The translations under genes and the position numbers were made by a program. 64,000 nucleotides of DNA from an uncultured Chlamydiae bacterium (GTDB lineage Bacteria > Chlamydiota > Chlamydiia > Chlamydiales > JAJFMA01): assembly GCA_963713615.1 (NCBI GenBank), contig CAVQMM010000001.1, positions 3,136,001-3,200,000 of the forward strand, in the 5' to 3' direction. Every line of letters begins with the position of its first letter. Position 1 is the first letter of the stretch. Positions 31,415-40,612 of this stretch are shown here, in pieces. Below the pieces are notes generated by a model, which was not told the origin of the DNA, did not search any database, and saw nothing but the letters and a program-made list of their open reading frames with translations.

Positions 31415-32044
31415 CTATGTCATCATCGATTGAAAGGCATGTTCTAGGATTTCCCATTGCTTGTCGAGCTGCGCGTTAATAATGCCGCTTTCGGTTTCAA
31501 TGATACATCCTCCTTGTTGGACTTCCTCGTTGGGGCGGATGGATAGCGATTCCAGTTTTTCAAAGAGTTCAGCCAGTTGCTTGCGATTCCCTTCAAGTTT
31601 GGGATAGTCCAGGGGGCAAACATGGATGACGACCTGCTTAGCCTGTTTGACCGCTTTGAGCTTGCTGGCGACGATATCGACGACGGCCTGATCAGATAAT
31701 TCGATTTCGCGTCCAAGGATCTTTTTAGCGGCCTTAAGAGCTACTGGAATAATCATTTTTTCTGTGGCTCTATTGACATTCTGAATTTCCCTCTCAAGCT
31801 CAGCGAGGTGCTCAGCCCACCTAACAAACCCTTCTTGAAAACCCTCTTGTTGAGCTTGGGCTTTGAGCCGTTCGCACTCATTGGCGACCTCCATGCGGTA
31901 CTTATCGATGGCCTCCTGAGCGTGCGACAAAATATCAGCTGCACTAAGGGCCTTGGTAAAGACCTTGGCAGGGATAACTTTGGTGTTGGGGGCAACATGG
32001 ATGCTTTCGCCGGACAGCAAATTAAATAATTTCTTTTTTCCCAC
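31415..32044 (-). CDS. sctL: T3SS stator SctL
   Basis: EGFQEG, GGCIIETESGIINAQL. Confidence 0.92.
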   Translation of the reverse strand: MGKKKLFNLLSGESIHVAPNTKVIPAKVFTKALSAADILSHAQEAIDKYRMEVANECERLKAQAQQEGFQEGFVRWAEHLAELEREIQNVNRATEKMIIPVALKAAKKILGREIELSDQAVVDIVASKLKAVKQAKQVVIHVCPLDYPKLEGNRKQLAELFEKLESLSIRPNEEVQQGGCIIETESGIINAQLDKQWEILEHAFQSMMT

Positions 32045-32047
32045 AGA

Positions 32048-32908
32048 TCACACTTGTTTATTAAAATAGTTGATCAGACCGATGACTTGTCGCAATAGCT
32101 CTGTTCTGACATCTTCAGGGGGCTTACTAGCATAATTTTGCTGGATAATAGCAGCTCTGCCGGTGTCAAGAGCGCGGAGTATATACCAAATGAGATCAGG
32201 GCTTTGACCTGTCAAGGCCCTTCCCAGGCGATTAAGGCCTCGCAAATGCATCTGTTGGCGCACTTTTCGGGAGTCTCCATTCCATCCGGTGAGATCCAAG
32301 CGAGGAACGGTAAGTTTCTCGCGCTGTTTATACATGTAGAAGTCGAAAAACTGCTTTTCTTCATCGTTCAGACAGCTCAGGATGGCTGTCTGATGAGTTT
32401 TATTGACAATGAGGCGGACCTCTTGCACAAGATCTCGCAGACCTAGCAGATCGATCAATCGCATGAGTTGAACCTTGGAGTACTCACCCAGGGGGCTAAC
32501 AGGAGATGCCGTCAAATAGCTGGGAGGCAAGCGTTCTTCCTGGCTAACTTTCTCATAAAGGGTATTCAAAAGAAACTGACCCATAGGTGGAGAGGGCCTT
32601 TCGGCGGGAAGAGGTAGCTTCAGTAGGCGGCACAGACCTTGTGCTTGGGCTGGCGGTAGTGCTGCTATGGTTGGTAAGCGCAAGGGTTTAGGTAATGATT
32701 GGATTGCTGGTACTAACCACGAATAATGAATTCTAGCGATGCGGTCGAGAGGTTGCCTCAGTAGAGGTTCAGCATTGTTCACTGAAAGCGTACTTTTTGA
32801 TAATTCTTTGCGGTAGCTTTCCGGCAGCGTTTGGCTAAGCTCCTCCGATAGACCGCCATAATAGCGGTTTAGCAGAACTTGTAGGATCATCCAGCCTTTT
32901 TGTTGCAT
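32048..32908 (-). CDS. SctK-like T3SS sorting-platform protein (CT560 position)
   Basis: IHYSWL motif; lies between sctJ and sctL as in Chlamydia. Confidence 0.75.
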   Translation of the reverse strand: MQQKGWMILQVLLNRYYGGLSEELSQTLPESYRKELSKSTLSVNNAEPLLRQPLDRIARIHYSWLVPAIQSLPKPLRLPTIAALPPAQAQGLCRLLKLPLPAERPSPPMGQFLLNTLYEKVSQEERLPPSYLTASPVSPLGEYSKVQLMRLIDLLGLRDLVQEVRLIVNKTHQTAILSCLNDEEKQFFDFYMYKQREKLTVPRLDLTGWNGDSRKVRQQMHLRGLNRLGRALTGQSPDLIWYILRALDTGRAAIIQQNYASKPPEDVRTELLRQVIGLINYFNKQV

Positions 32909-32935
32909 GCTTCTTACAGAACCCCGACGCTAGTG

Positions 32936-33973
32936 TTAGGTTTCTTCTTCCTCTGTTTCCTCGTGCTCAGCTTCGTCTTCCTCGTCCTTAGGCTTCTTGG
33001 CGGGTTTGGCGGGCTTGCCAGCTTTGGTAGGGTCATCGGCCGCTTTAGGTTCGTCTTTCTTGGCTAAGCCAGCAGCATCAATGCGTTTGAAAGAAAATAG
33101 CGATGTCTTAGTTGCTGAAAATGCAGGAAGAGCGCGGTACAAGAGCATAATAAAGAGAATCAGCAGGATCAGCACCGATACAAAGAAGGAGAAAAAGACA
33201 ATTCTGAAGCGTGTGACGGATTCCTTGGCCAGGATCATGGTCCAAATCGATACCAGAGGCTTGTCAGCACTGCGCATCCCCCCCTCATCAGTTGCTGGAG
33301 TGGCCTCACGGTAACGGGCGAGGTCCGGAACGACAGTCACATTGTCATAATTTAGGTCCGGAACAGAACCCGCCACGAGCCACTTAATCTTGGAGATCAG
33401 CTGGCTATTGGGATCATTTAACACACCGGTATGTTTGACGTAGACGGAAGCGGTCACCTTGCCCTTTTTGGCATTAGGATTAAGTGGATCTTCCTCCGGA
33501 AAAGAGAGCTGCACGTCGGCATCGACGATCCCGTCCATCTTGCGGATGATACTAGCGATCTGTTCTTGTAGCCCTGAGCGGTAGCGGATTTGTTGCTGCA
33601 TCTCGGAGGGAACAAGGCCCGAATCTCTGAAAAGGTCTAAGAGGCTTTGGGTGGCTCGTCGAGGCAGACCTGCTTGGCTTAATACCGCCATTGCCTCATT
33701 ACGCTGTTCAGAGGGTACAGAGATGTTCCATTTGACTATTGCTGAGCCACCACCGCCGCCGCCTTCGGCTTTGTCCTTGGAGGCTTCAATGTTTCTACCT
33801 GACAAAAATACGAGGATTTCGTTAGCTTCTCGCTCATCAAGGTCATGAGCTATCACTTCACGCGATGCGCAACCCGTTAGCGATAAAAGAATGAAGAGAA
33901 GCCCAACGAGTGTCATGGCAAAGCGAAGTGCCCGAGTCGCCGTGGTATAGTTTACGATGCTGGAAATCATCAT
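32936..33973 (-). CDS. sctJ: T3SS inner-ring lipoprotein SctJ
   Basis: Lipobox LTGC, EREANEI, GLVPSE, TASVYVKH, C-terminal TM. Confidence 0.95.
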   Translation of the reverse strand: MMISSIVNYTTATRALRFAMTLVGLLFILLSLTGCASREVIAHDLDEREANEILVFLSGRNIEASKDKAEGGGGGGSAIVKWNISVPSEQRNEAMAVLSQAGLPRRATQSLLDLFRDSGLVPSEMQQQIRYRSGLQEQIASIIRKMDGIVDADVQLSFPEEDPLNPNAKKGKVTASVYVKHTGVLNDPNSQLISKIKWLVAGSVPDLNYDNVTVVPDLARYREATPATDEGGMRSADKPLVSIWTMILAKESVTRFRIVFFSFFVSVLILLILFIMLLYRALPAFSATKTSLFSFKRIDAAGLAKKDEPKAADDPTKAGKPAKPAKKPKDEEDEAEHEETEEEET

Positions 33974-34151
33974 CTTAGTACCGAAAATATGTGCTGTTCC
34001 TGAAAATCGTGAGATTTGCCCCTGGTTTTTTACGGTATCACATTGGCCAGTTTTTCCAAACGAATCTCTCCATGAGCTGATTAATCGTGGAAAAAAGAGG
34101 GTTTTTAGTTATGCTTAGGGTATCAGAACTCCATGGCAATCAGGTGAGAAG

Positions 34152-35153
34152 ATGTTTTCGAAATTTTTAGATCCCAAAAATGATGTAGCCTTTAAGAAAA
34201 TATTCGGTACGGAAAAGAATAAAGACATCCTGATTCATTTCCTCAATGATATGATCACCTTTAAAACAAAGAAGCCTATCAAGGAGGTTTCTTTCTTGAA
34301 GACAATTCAAGATCCTGAGATTGCCGCAAAAAAAACAAGCATTGTGGATATTCTCTGCGAAGATGAAAATGGAAACCAGTACATCGTGGAGATGCAAGTT
34401 GCCAAAGAAAAAGGCTTTGAAAAAAGAGCTCAATATTATGCCTCCAAGGCCTATAGCTCCCAAGCATGCGTTACGGGGGCCTATCACGATCTTAACGAAG
34501 TGGTGTTTTTAGCAATCACTGACTTTGTCATGTTTCCACAAAAGAAGTCATTTAAATCAGATCATGTGATTTTAGATAGAGAAAGCTTGGAAAATGATCT
34601 CAAGGATTTTTCTTTTACATTTTTAGAGCTTCCAAAATTTAACAAATCGCTTGACCATTTGGGCAATATTGTTGATAAATGGACGTATTTTTTCAAAAAT
34701 GCGGAAGAGACCTCAGAAGAGGATCTTAGTAAAATCATCGGTCATGATCCAATTATAGCGAGGGCCTATAAAGAATTGAGCCGTTTTTCATGGAATGAAG
34801 CGGAATTATTAACTTATAGCCAGGCAGAAAAATACGAGGGGGCTTATCAGGCCTCTTTAGCACAAAAATTTGATGAAGGAGAAAAGAAGGGGATAGAAAA
34901 AGGTCTTCAGGAAGGAGAAAAGAAGGGGATAGAAAAAGGTCTTCAGGAAGGAGAAAAGAAGGGGATAGAAAAAGGTCTTCAGGAAGGAGAAAAGAAGGGG
35001 ATAGAAAAGGGTATTCAGGAGGGGGAAAAGAAGGCACAATTGTTGATAGCAGCTAATCTGTTGGGAAGGAATTTTTCGCCTGAACAGGTTTGTGAATTCA
35101 CAGGTTTAGAGATGGATGAATTGCCATTCTCTGATTACATTTGGACGGATTAG
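34152..35153 (+). CDS. Rpn family recombination-promoting nuclease / PD-(D/E)XK putative transposase
   Basis: DPKNDVAFKKIFG, VDI...IVEMQ, RAQYY, FLELPKF, C-terminal EKG repeats. Confidence 0.9.
   Translation: MFSKFLDPKNDVAFKKIFGTEKNKDILIHFLNDMITFKTKKPIKEVSFLKTIQDPEIAAKKTSIVDILCEDENGNQYIVEMQVAKEKGFEKRAQYYASKAYSSQACVTGAYHDLNEVVFLAITDFVMFPQKKSFKSDHVILDRESLENDLKDFSFTFLELPKFNKSLDHLGNIVDKWTYFFKNAEETSEEDLSKIIGHDPIIARAYKELSRFSWNEAELLTYSQAEKYEGAYQASLAQKFDEGEKKGIEKGLQEGEKKGIEKGLQEGEKKGIEKGLQEGEKKGIEKGIQEGEKKAQLLIAANLLGRNFSPEQVCEFTGLEMDELPFSDYIWTD
34875..35033 (+). repeat. 36-bp coding tandem repeat, about 4.4 copies (EGEKKGIEKGLQ)
   Basis: GAAGGAGAAAAGAAGGGGATAGAAAAAGGTCTTCAG three times exactly, plus one variant and a partial copy. 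Confidence 0.95.
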
Positions 35154-35193
35154 CAGATGCAGAACGGGACTAGTGGGTTAGCTATCACTCTCG

Positions 35194-36438
35194 TTAGGCT
35201 AGAAGACATCCGAAGCCGCCGTCCCAACCCTCTTGGTTAGGCAGGCAGGTTTTCATAAATGGTCCTACCTTAAGCCTCAGCCGTTGACAGGCTTTAGCGA
35301 TCAATTCTTCGTTTTCACTCGGTAATAGACTACAGGTGAGGTACCAGATTTGCCCTGCAGGAGCTAAAAGCCTTGTTGCGTGGTCTAAGAGGGTATTTTG
35401 CAATATTTCCAGCTGTCCAAGTGCTTCGGGTGTTAAACGCCACCGCGCCTCCGGCCTTTTGTTTAGAACGCCGCTATTGCTGCAAGGGACATCTAGGATA
35501 ATCAAATCGAACTTTTCGTCTGTTGGATATAGCTCTCCCTTGCGACAGGTCACTGATGCCGTGATGCCAAATTTCTGCAGGTTTTCATGTAAGGACTTAA
35601 GTCGCGCCTCTGAGGCATCATTGGCCACTAAATGCGCTTCAGGATAGAGGTCATGGACTGCAATGCTTTTGCCTCCGGGAGCAGCACAAAGGTCGAGGAT
35701 TCTTTTTGGGCACTTACTCACTTTGGCGAGTTTGGCGATTAAGTATACGGGCGTGACATTTTGGACATAGTAATCGGGTGAGGTGGTGAGCTCAGCGAGC
35801 TGAGTCGCATCGGCTACGCGAACCACTGGCAGAGGTGCGGGGTGAATGAGAGTACTCCCAAGGGGCTCGAGCCCTTGTTGACGAATACGTACCATGGCTT
35901 TGGCAGGCAGATTACCCAAAGCTAGAATCTCCTGAGCTTGTGATAGACCATAGGCGGCAATCAGTTTGTCGACATAATAATGTGGGTAAGAATAGTGCGT
36001 CGACCAAGATTCAGGATCTGCCTGAGAGGGGAGGCTAGGTTTCTTAGTGTCATAGGCACGCAAAAGGGCATTGAGGAATTTGGCAAAACCTGGATGGAAA
36101 TACTTTCTGGCAAGCTTTACGGATTCATTCACAATCGAATAGAGAGGAATACGCTCCATGAAATGTGCCTGAAACAGTGCACTGCGCAGCAATAGGCGTT
36201 CCTTGGCCTTAATGTTAAGCTTGCCAGTATTCGTGAGCTGCATGGCCATATGATCAAGGGAGTTAGCCATTTGGATTGTGCCGTAAGCAATATGGCGAGC
36301 TAATGAAATGTCTGTCGGCTTGGGTTGTTGGCTGCGTTGCCATCGCTCTAAACTTTCTGCTGCGTAGCCCTGTTCTTGAACAGATGCGAGGACCGCTAAA
36401 TAGGCGGCTTCGCGGGCATTTGGTGTCGATTCGATCAA
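35194..36438 (-). CDS. rsmB: 16S rRNA m5C methyltransferase RsmB/Fmu
   Basis: NusB-like N-terminus, LDLCAAPGGKS, LDVPCSNSG, TCSL. Confidence 0.88.
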   Translation of the reverse strand: MIESTPNAREAAYLAVLASVQEQGYAAESLERWQRSQQPKPTDISLARHIAYGTIQMANSLDHMAMQLTNTGKLNIKAKERLLLRSALFQAHFMERIPLYSIVNESVKLARKYFHPGFAKFLNALLRAYDTKKPSLPSQADPESWSTHYSYPHYYVDKLIAAYGLSQAQEILALGNLPAKAMVRIRQQGLEPLGSTLIHPAPLPVVRVADATQLAELTTSPDYYVQNVTPVYLIAKLAKVSKCPKRILDLCAAPGGKSIAVHDLYPEAHLVANDASEARLKSLHENLQKFGITASVTCRKGELYPTDEKFDLIILDVPCSNSGVLNKRPEARWRLTPEALGQLEILQNTLLDHATRLLAPAGQIWYLTCSLLPSENEELIAKACQRLRLKVGPFMKTCLPNQEGWDGGFGCLLA

Positions 36439-36494
36439 GTTCCTCCTCGGGGGTTAGTTTCCGATAGATAAGATACACGAAAGCTAATTTTAAA

Positions 36495-36779
36495 CCCGAT
36501 AGTGTCGCAAGGCACGACACTCGCGATGCAAACGGTTCGCTTGCTTTTAGGAGTAACACGGATGTACACGGATCTAGGAGGATAGGATGGAATGGAATTG
36601 AATTCGTGTCGATCCATTCCATCCTAAAACCATTTTTATCGTTTTAGAATAATGAACTAGTTTTTTCCATCCTACTCCTCCTAAATCCTCCTAGATCCGT
36701 GTGCATCCGTGTTACTCCTAGAAAGGCCTCACGAACCGTTTGCATCACGAGTGTCGTGCCTTGCGACGACGCTATCGGG
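36495..36779. repeat. Palindromic element of the ACACGGATG family
   Basis: Arms of about 85 bp, CCCGATAG..GGAGTAACACGGATG and complement; relative at 53010-53216. Confidence 0.88.
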
Positions 36780-37703
36780 AAAGCAGGATCGCCGAGAAGG
36801 TGGGCGTTCAGGAGTGAGTATTCCTTGCAACACCCATTCCTGGAACCAGGAATGCAAGTTTTTAGAGGCTACTTCGACGAAGGCTCCGCCTCGCTTTTCC
36901 AGCCAGTTGCAGGCTGCTGATGCGGAGCAACCTTTATTGAATAGGCGTAGCAGACGAAACTCTCCGGCTGCAAGTTCCTTCCATTCGATGTGGTTGTTGT
37001 GATTTCTAAATAGAATAAAATAAAACCTGCGACCTTGCTCCAAATCAGGAAAGGGACGTTCCAGCCAATGATCGCCATCTTCAGGCTTGATAAATTCTGT
37101 TCGAAAATTGAACAGGTGATAGGGCCAATCGAACAGACGAACGTGCGGTTGAAGATAGAGCCGAAGATTTAACAAGGCTCCTAGAGAGGTCGTATCAGTG
37201 ACCTGTGGTAGTGAGACCGATGGCATCTGGCGCGCAAAAAAGGCATCATTGTAGGCATGGTCGATTGATGCCGCATCGATGATTAAGGGACGATCCGTAT
37301 CCCAATAGGTCTCTTTCAGAAATCTTGGAAGCATCGAACTTAAAAAGGACAATGACCAGTGTTCTGGTCGGTAGCGGCAGATGTAGGGAAAACCGAACCG
37401 TTGATTGAAATCTGTGTAACCAAAAAGACGCGTGAGTAGAGGTAAGACCTCATGGAGAAGATTAAGCAGCCGCCACCAATACTGTTGGTTATAGATTTCC
37501 ATACGTTCGTGAGACTGCAGGGTAGGGCTGGGAGAGATATATTCGGCGGCCTCATCCTCCATCGGGTTTCCCTTTGGAGACAGTGGCATCATGCGATTGT
37601 CTAGATCAATAGGACGTTCGATGATACTGCCAAACCAAAGTTGTGTCAGCTTCAACTCTTCAGGGACTAGGGAGTCATACATCTGATTGGGGGCTTTCTG
37701 CAT
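36729..37703 (-). CDS. DUF2063-type MNIO partner protein (BufC/HvfC-like)
   Basis: ERMEIYNQQYWWRL, P.HWSL motifs; directly downstream of the DUF692 gene. Confidence 0.8.
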   Translation of the reverse strand: MQKAPNQMYDSLVPEELKLTQLWFGSIIERPIDLDNRMMPLSPKGNPMEDEAAEYISPSPTLQSHERMEIYNQQYWWRLLNLLHEVLPLLTRLFGYTDFNQRFGFPYICRYRPEHWSLSFLSSMLPRFLKETYWDTDRPLIIDAASIDHAYNDAFFARQMPSVSLPQVTDTTSLGALLNLRLYLQPHVRLFDWPYHLFNFRTEFIKPEDGDHWLERPFPDLEQGRRFYFILFRNHNNHIEWKELAAGEFRLLRLFNKGCSASAACNWLEKRGGAFVEVASKNLHSWFQEWVLQGILTPERPPSRRSCFPDSVVARHDTRDANGS

Positions 37704-37708
37704 AAGGT

Positions 37709-38542
37709 TCAGGCCACAACGAGGCTTTGCTGGAACTGCTTAGCTTTCAGCGCTTCATCCCAAGTTTCCTGGAAGGTAATGAAATTGTCGTCCCACTCTA
37801 GCAGGGTTGAGACCCCGCGCGTCAGAGGATAGACCTCTCCATAAATTGCCCATACCTCATCCCTGACATAGGTGTCGTGAGTATCCAAAACATAGGCACC
37901 CCTGTCGGTATGACCTGCGAGGTGTATTTGAAGAACACGATCCATTGGGAGGTTGCGATAATAGTCTTTGGGATCGAAACCATGGTTGCGGCTAGAGACA
38001 TAGATGTTATTGACGTCGAGCATCATATAGATATTGGCTTTCTCAATGACGGCGGAATAGAACTCCCACTCGGCCATTTCATCATGGCGAAAGGTAACGT
38101 ATGATGAAAGGTTTTCTAAGGCAAAGGGAAGCTCGAGGTAGTCTTGGACGATACGTGCACGTTCTGCAACGTAATCGATGACCTTCTGGGTATAAGGAAG
38201 TGGGAGTAAGTCGTGGTAGTGAGCTCCTGGAAGACGTCCCCAACAGAGATGATCAGATATCCATGGTGTTTTGGTTCTCTTGGCGAGAGCTTTGACACGC
38301 TTGAGGTATTCGAAGTCCAGTGGATTGGGGCTTCCGATGGCTAATGAGACGCCATGCTGTACTACAGGATATCGCTCCAAGATACGGTCGAGATTTTCTA
38401 GAGCCTTTCCGCCATCGACGAGGAAGTTTTCCGTGATAATTTCAAACCAATCGATATTGGGTTGATGAGTGAAAATATCTTGAAGATGAGGGATGCGGAG
38501 GCCGATGCCAATGCCAAGGTTTGGTGGAAATTGTGCTGTCAT
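37709..38542 (-). CDS. DUF692 multinuclear non-heme iron oxidative enzyme (MNIO)
   Basis: GIGLR, EIITEN, HGVSL, SDHL, DLLPLP, LEN.SSY, LDVNN, IHLAGH, DTH, LEWD. Confidence 0.93.
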   Translation of the reverse strand: MTAQFPPNLGIGIGLRIPHLQDIFTHQPNIDWFEIITENFLVDGGKALENLDRILERYPVVQHGVSLAIGSPNPLDFEYLKRVKALAKRTKTPWISDHLCWGRLPGAHYHDLLPLPYTQKVIDYVAERARIVQDYLELPFALENLSSYVTFRHDEMAEWEFYSAVIEKANIYMMLDVNNIYVSSRNHGFDPKDYYRNLPMDRVLQIHLAGHTDRGAYVLDTHDTYVRDEVWAIYGEVYPLTRGVSTLLEWDDNFITFQETWDEALKAKQFQQSLVVA

Positions 38543-38571
38543 AGGAGAAGCCTGGTACAGTATCCAGATGC

Positions 38572-38602
38572 AAACAACGGCCGCCCCCGAAGGGGCGGCC
38601 GT
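38572..38602 (-). terminator. GC-rich hairpin between precursor and MNIO genes
   Basis: Minus strand ACGGCCGCCCC-TTCG-GGGGCGGCCGT then TGTTT. Confidence 0.7.
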
Positions 38603-38644
38603 AAGGAGTTCAACGATCTTGTTCGATCCAAGCCGAGGCTTAGA

Positions 38645-40446
38645 CTATCTGTTCTTGTTGCTATTGAACGGATCCTTGTTGATCATATGAGTGCGCTTAT
38701 CATGCATAGCAGCGACGTGCACGGCAAGATTTTTATCGGTATATGCACCAGCTGCTGTATTCTTGCAGCCGCCTTTACCTGCGCAATCGTTTTTTGGGGG
38801 GTTGCTGCAGGAGTTGAGTCCTTTGCAGCTATTTGTCCCCTTACATGTTTGGTTGGCTAGCTCAAGAGCTAATGTTTGGCCTTCTGGACTCAGGGAATTC
38901 CACTCTGCTTTGCCGGACTTGTTCAATAGGGTAACAAGTGTTTGTCTATCCAACTGAGGTGTTGCGGCAACATTATCGTTAAGGCTTAGAAAACCGCCAC
39001 CGCCCTGTGAAGCGCTAGCGTTGTTCTTCTTGCCATTATTTTTTCCAGAATTATTTTGGCCAGAGTTGCTCTTGGTACCACTATTGGTATTGTTGCTTTT
39101 GCCAGCATTGGTTGGTGCTATAGAATCGCTATCAGCAGTGACGCCACCTCTACGTGTTGTAGGGGCTCCCCACTGATTGTCATCCCAGGTAATCTGTCCA
39201 CCAGAACCTCCACCCTGGCTGCTGTTACCAGCACCTTTGGAGGTGTTGCCTTTTGAGCTGTTACCCTTGGTACTATTGCCACCTTGTTGAGGTGCGCTGT
39301 CATCGCCCCAGGCCAACTTACCACCGGCAGCGCCTCCGCCAGCGCCAGTACCTCCGCCAGAGCTTCCGCCTTGGCCGCTGTTGCCAGCGCCAGAGCTTCC
39401 ACCTTGGCCGCTGTTGCCAGTGCTTCCGCCAGTGCTGCCGCTAAAGCTTCCGCCTTGGCTGCTGTTGCCAGCGCCCTTGGTCGTGTTGCCTTTGCTGGCG
39501 TTGCCACTTTGTTGAGGTGCGCTGTCATCGCCCCACGCCCACTGACCGCCGGCACCTTTGTTGGTGCTGCCGCTATTATTTTTCCGGAATTATTTTTTCC
39601 GGAATTGTTGCTGCTGTTACCGGCATCGGCAAATTTAGGGGGGTTAGTGTTGCCTTTGGAGCTATTGTTGCCCTTGGTATTGTTGCCGCCTTGCTGAGGT
39701 GCAGTGTCATCGCCCCAGGATAGCTGACCTGGTGTCTTAGTGGCATTTGTTGAAGCACCACTGCTATTTTTGGTTCCAGCACCCCTTACATTCTGCCCGC
39801 CGGTTTGACCAGGATTAGCGCCTTGGCCGCCGCCGCCATTGCCTGAGCCACCAGTACCGGAGCCGTTGCAGCCTGCGCTATTATTGCAGCCAGCTACATT
39901 GCGGTTCGTGTTGTTGGAGCGGTTATTGCGGTTGGCATTAGGGCTAGCTTGTGCACCCAGAGAGCCTTGGTCGTCGGATAGGGAAACTTTACCGCCGGAA
40001 TTGGATTTTCCAGTGCCTTTAGCGCCGCCGGGAGGACGAGCTCCGCTATCGCTTCTAGGGCCGCTCTGGCCGTTACAACCTGAGTTGCCGCCTCTGCCAT
40101 TGTTGTAATTGTCATAACCACCGCCACGGTTGTCATAGCCGCCATTATTGTCATAGCCATTACCGCCACCGCCGCCACCACAGCCGCCTTGGCAGCCGCT
40201 GCCCCAACGGCCATGGCTAGCATCTTCCCCAACGCTAGGACTAGCGATGAGACGAGCTAGAAGTTGGCCTTCTTCGTCCAAGCTACGGAATAGTTGTTGA
40301 TCTTCCTGGCTTAGAGAGCTGAGGAAATCCTGCTCTGCCACACTGCTTGTTCCATAATCGGTCGCCGCAAGCTCGCCTTGGTTCGCCAACATGATTCCAC
40401 TGGCTAACCCGAGCAGGGCGAGTTTCTTCAGGTCTCTTTTCTTCAT
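38645..40446 (-). CDS. Large secreted Gly/Asn/Ser-rich MNIO precursor with bufferin-like Cys cluster (one frameshift near 39581)
   Basis: Signal MKKRDLKKLALLGLASG; the ORFs 39118-40446 and 38645-39316 join into 600 aa when one A is added; TCKGTNSCKGLNSC..CAGKGGC near the C-terminus. Confidence 0.8.
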
Positions 40447-40612
40447 GGAATGACTCCTTGCATGGTTGTTGAAAGGGTAACCCCTAGGTTGCCCGTGTGC
40501 TTCATTTTAGAGCGCTGCCACCATAGGTTGAGCATAATCGTTGTAAGTGTGTTGTACTCAAAAAATTAATGGGAATGCAAGAAAAAAATAAAAAGATCAG
40601 AGATTCAGGCGG

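Noticed and set aside
34875..35033. 36-bp repeats as a CRISPR array
   Set aside because: Contiguous, in-frame coding repeats with no spacers and no cas genes
39118..39578. Ala-rich C-terminus (ALATAAKAEALA) of the 442-aa ORF
   Set aside because: Out-of-frame reading of the Gly/Ser/Asn precursor after the frameshift
39284..39697. Plus-strand Ala/Ser-rich ORF
   Set aside because: Antisense shadow of the low-complexity precursor
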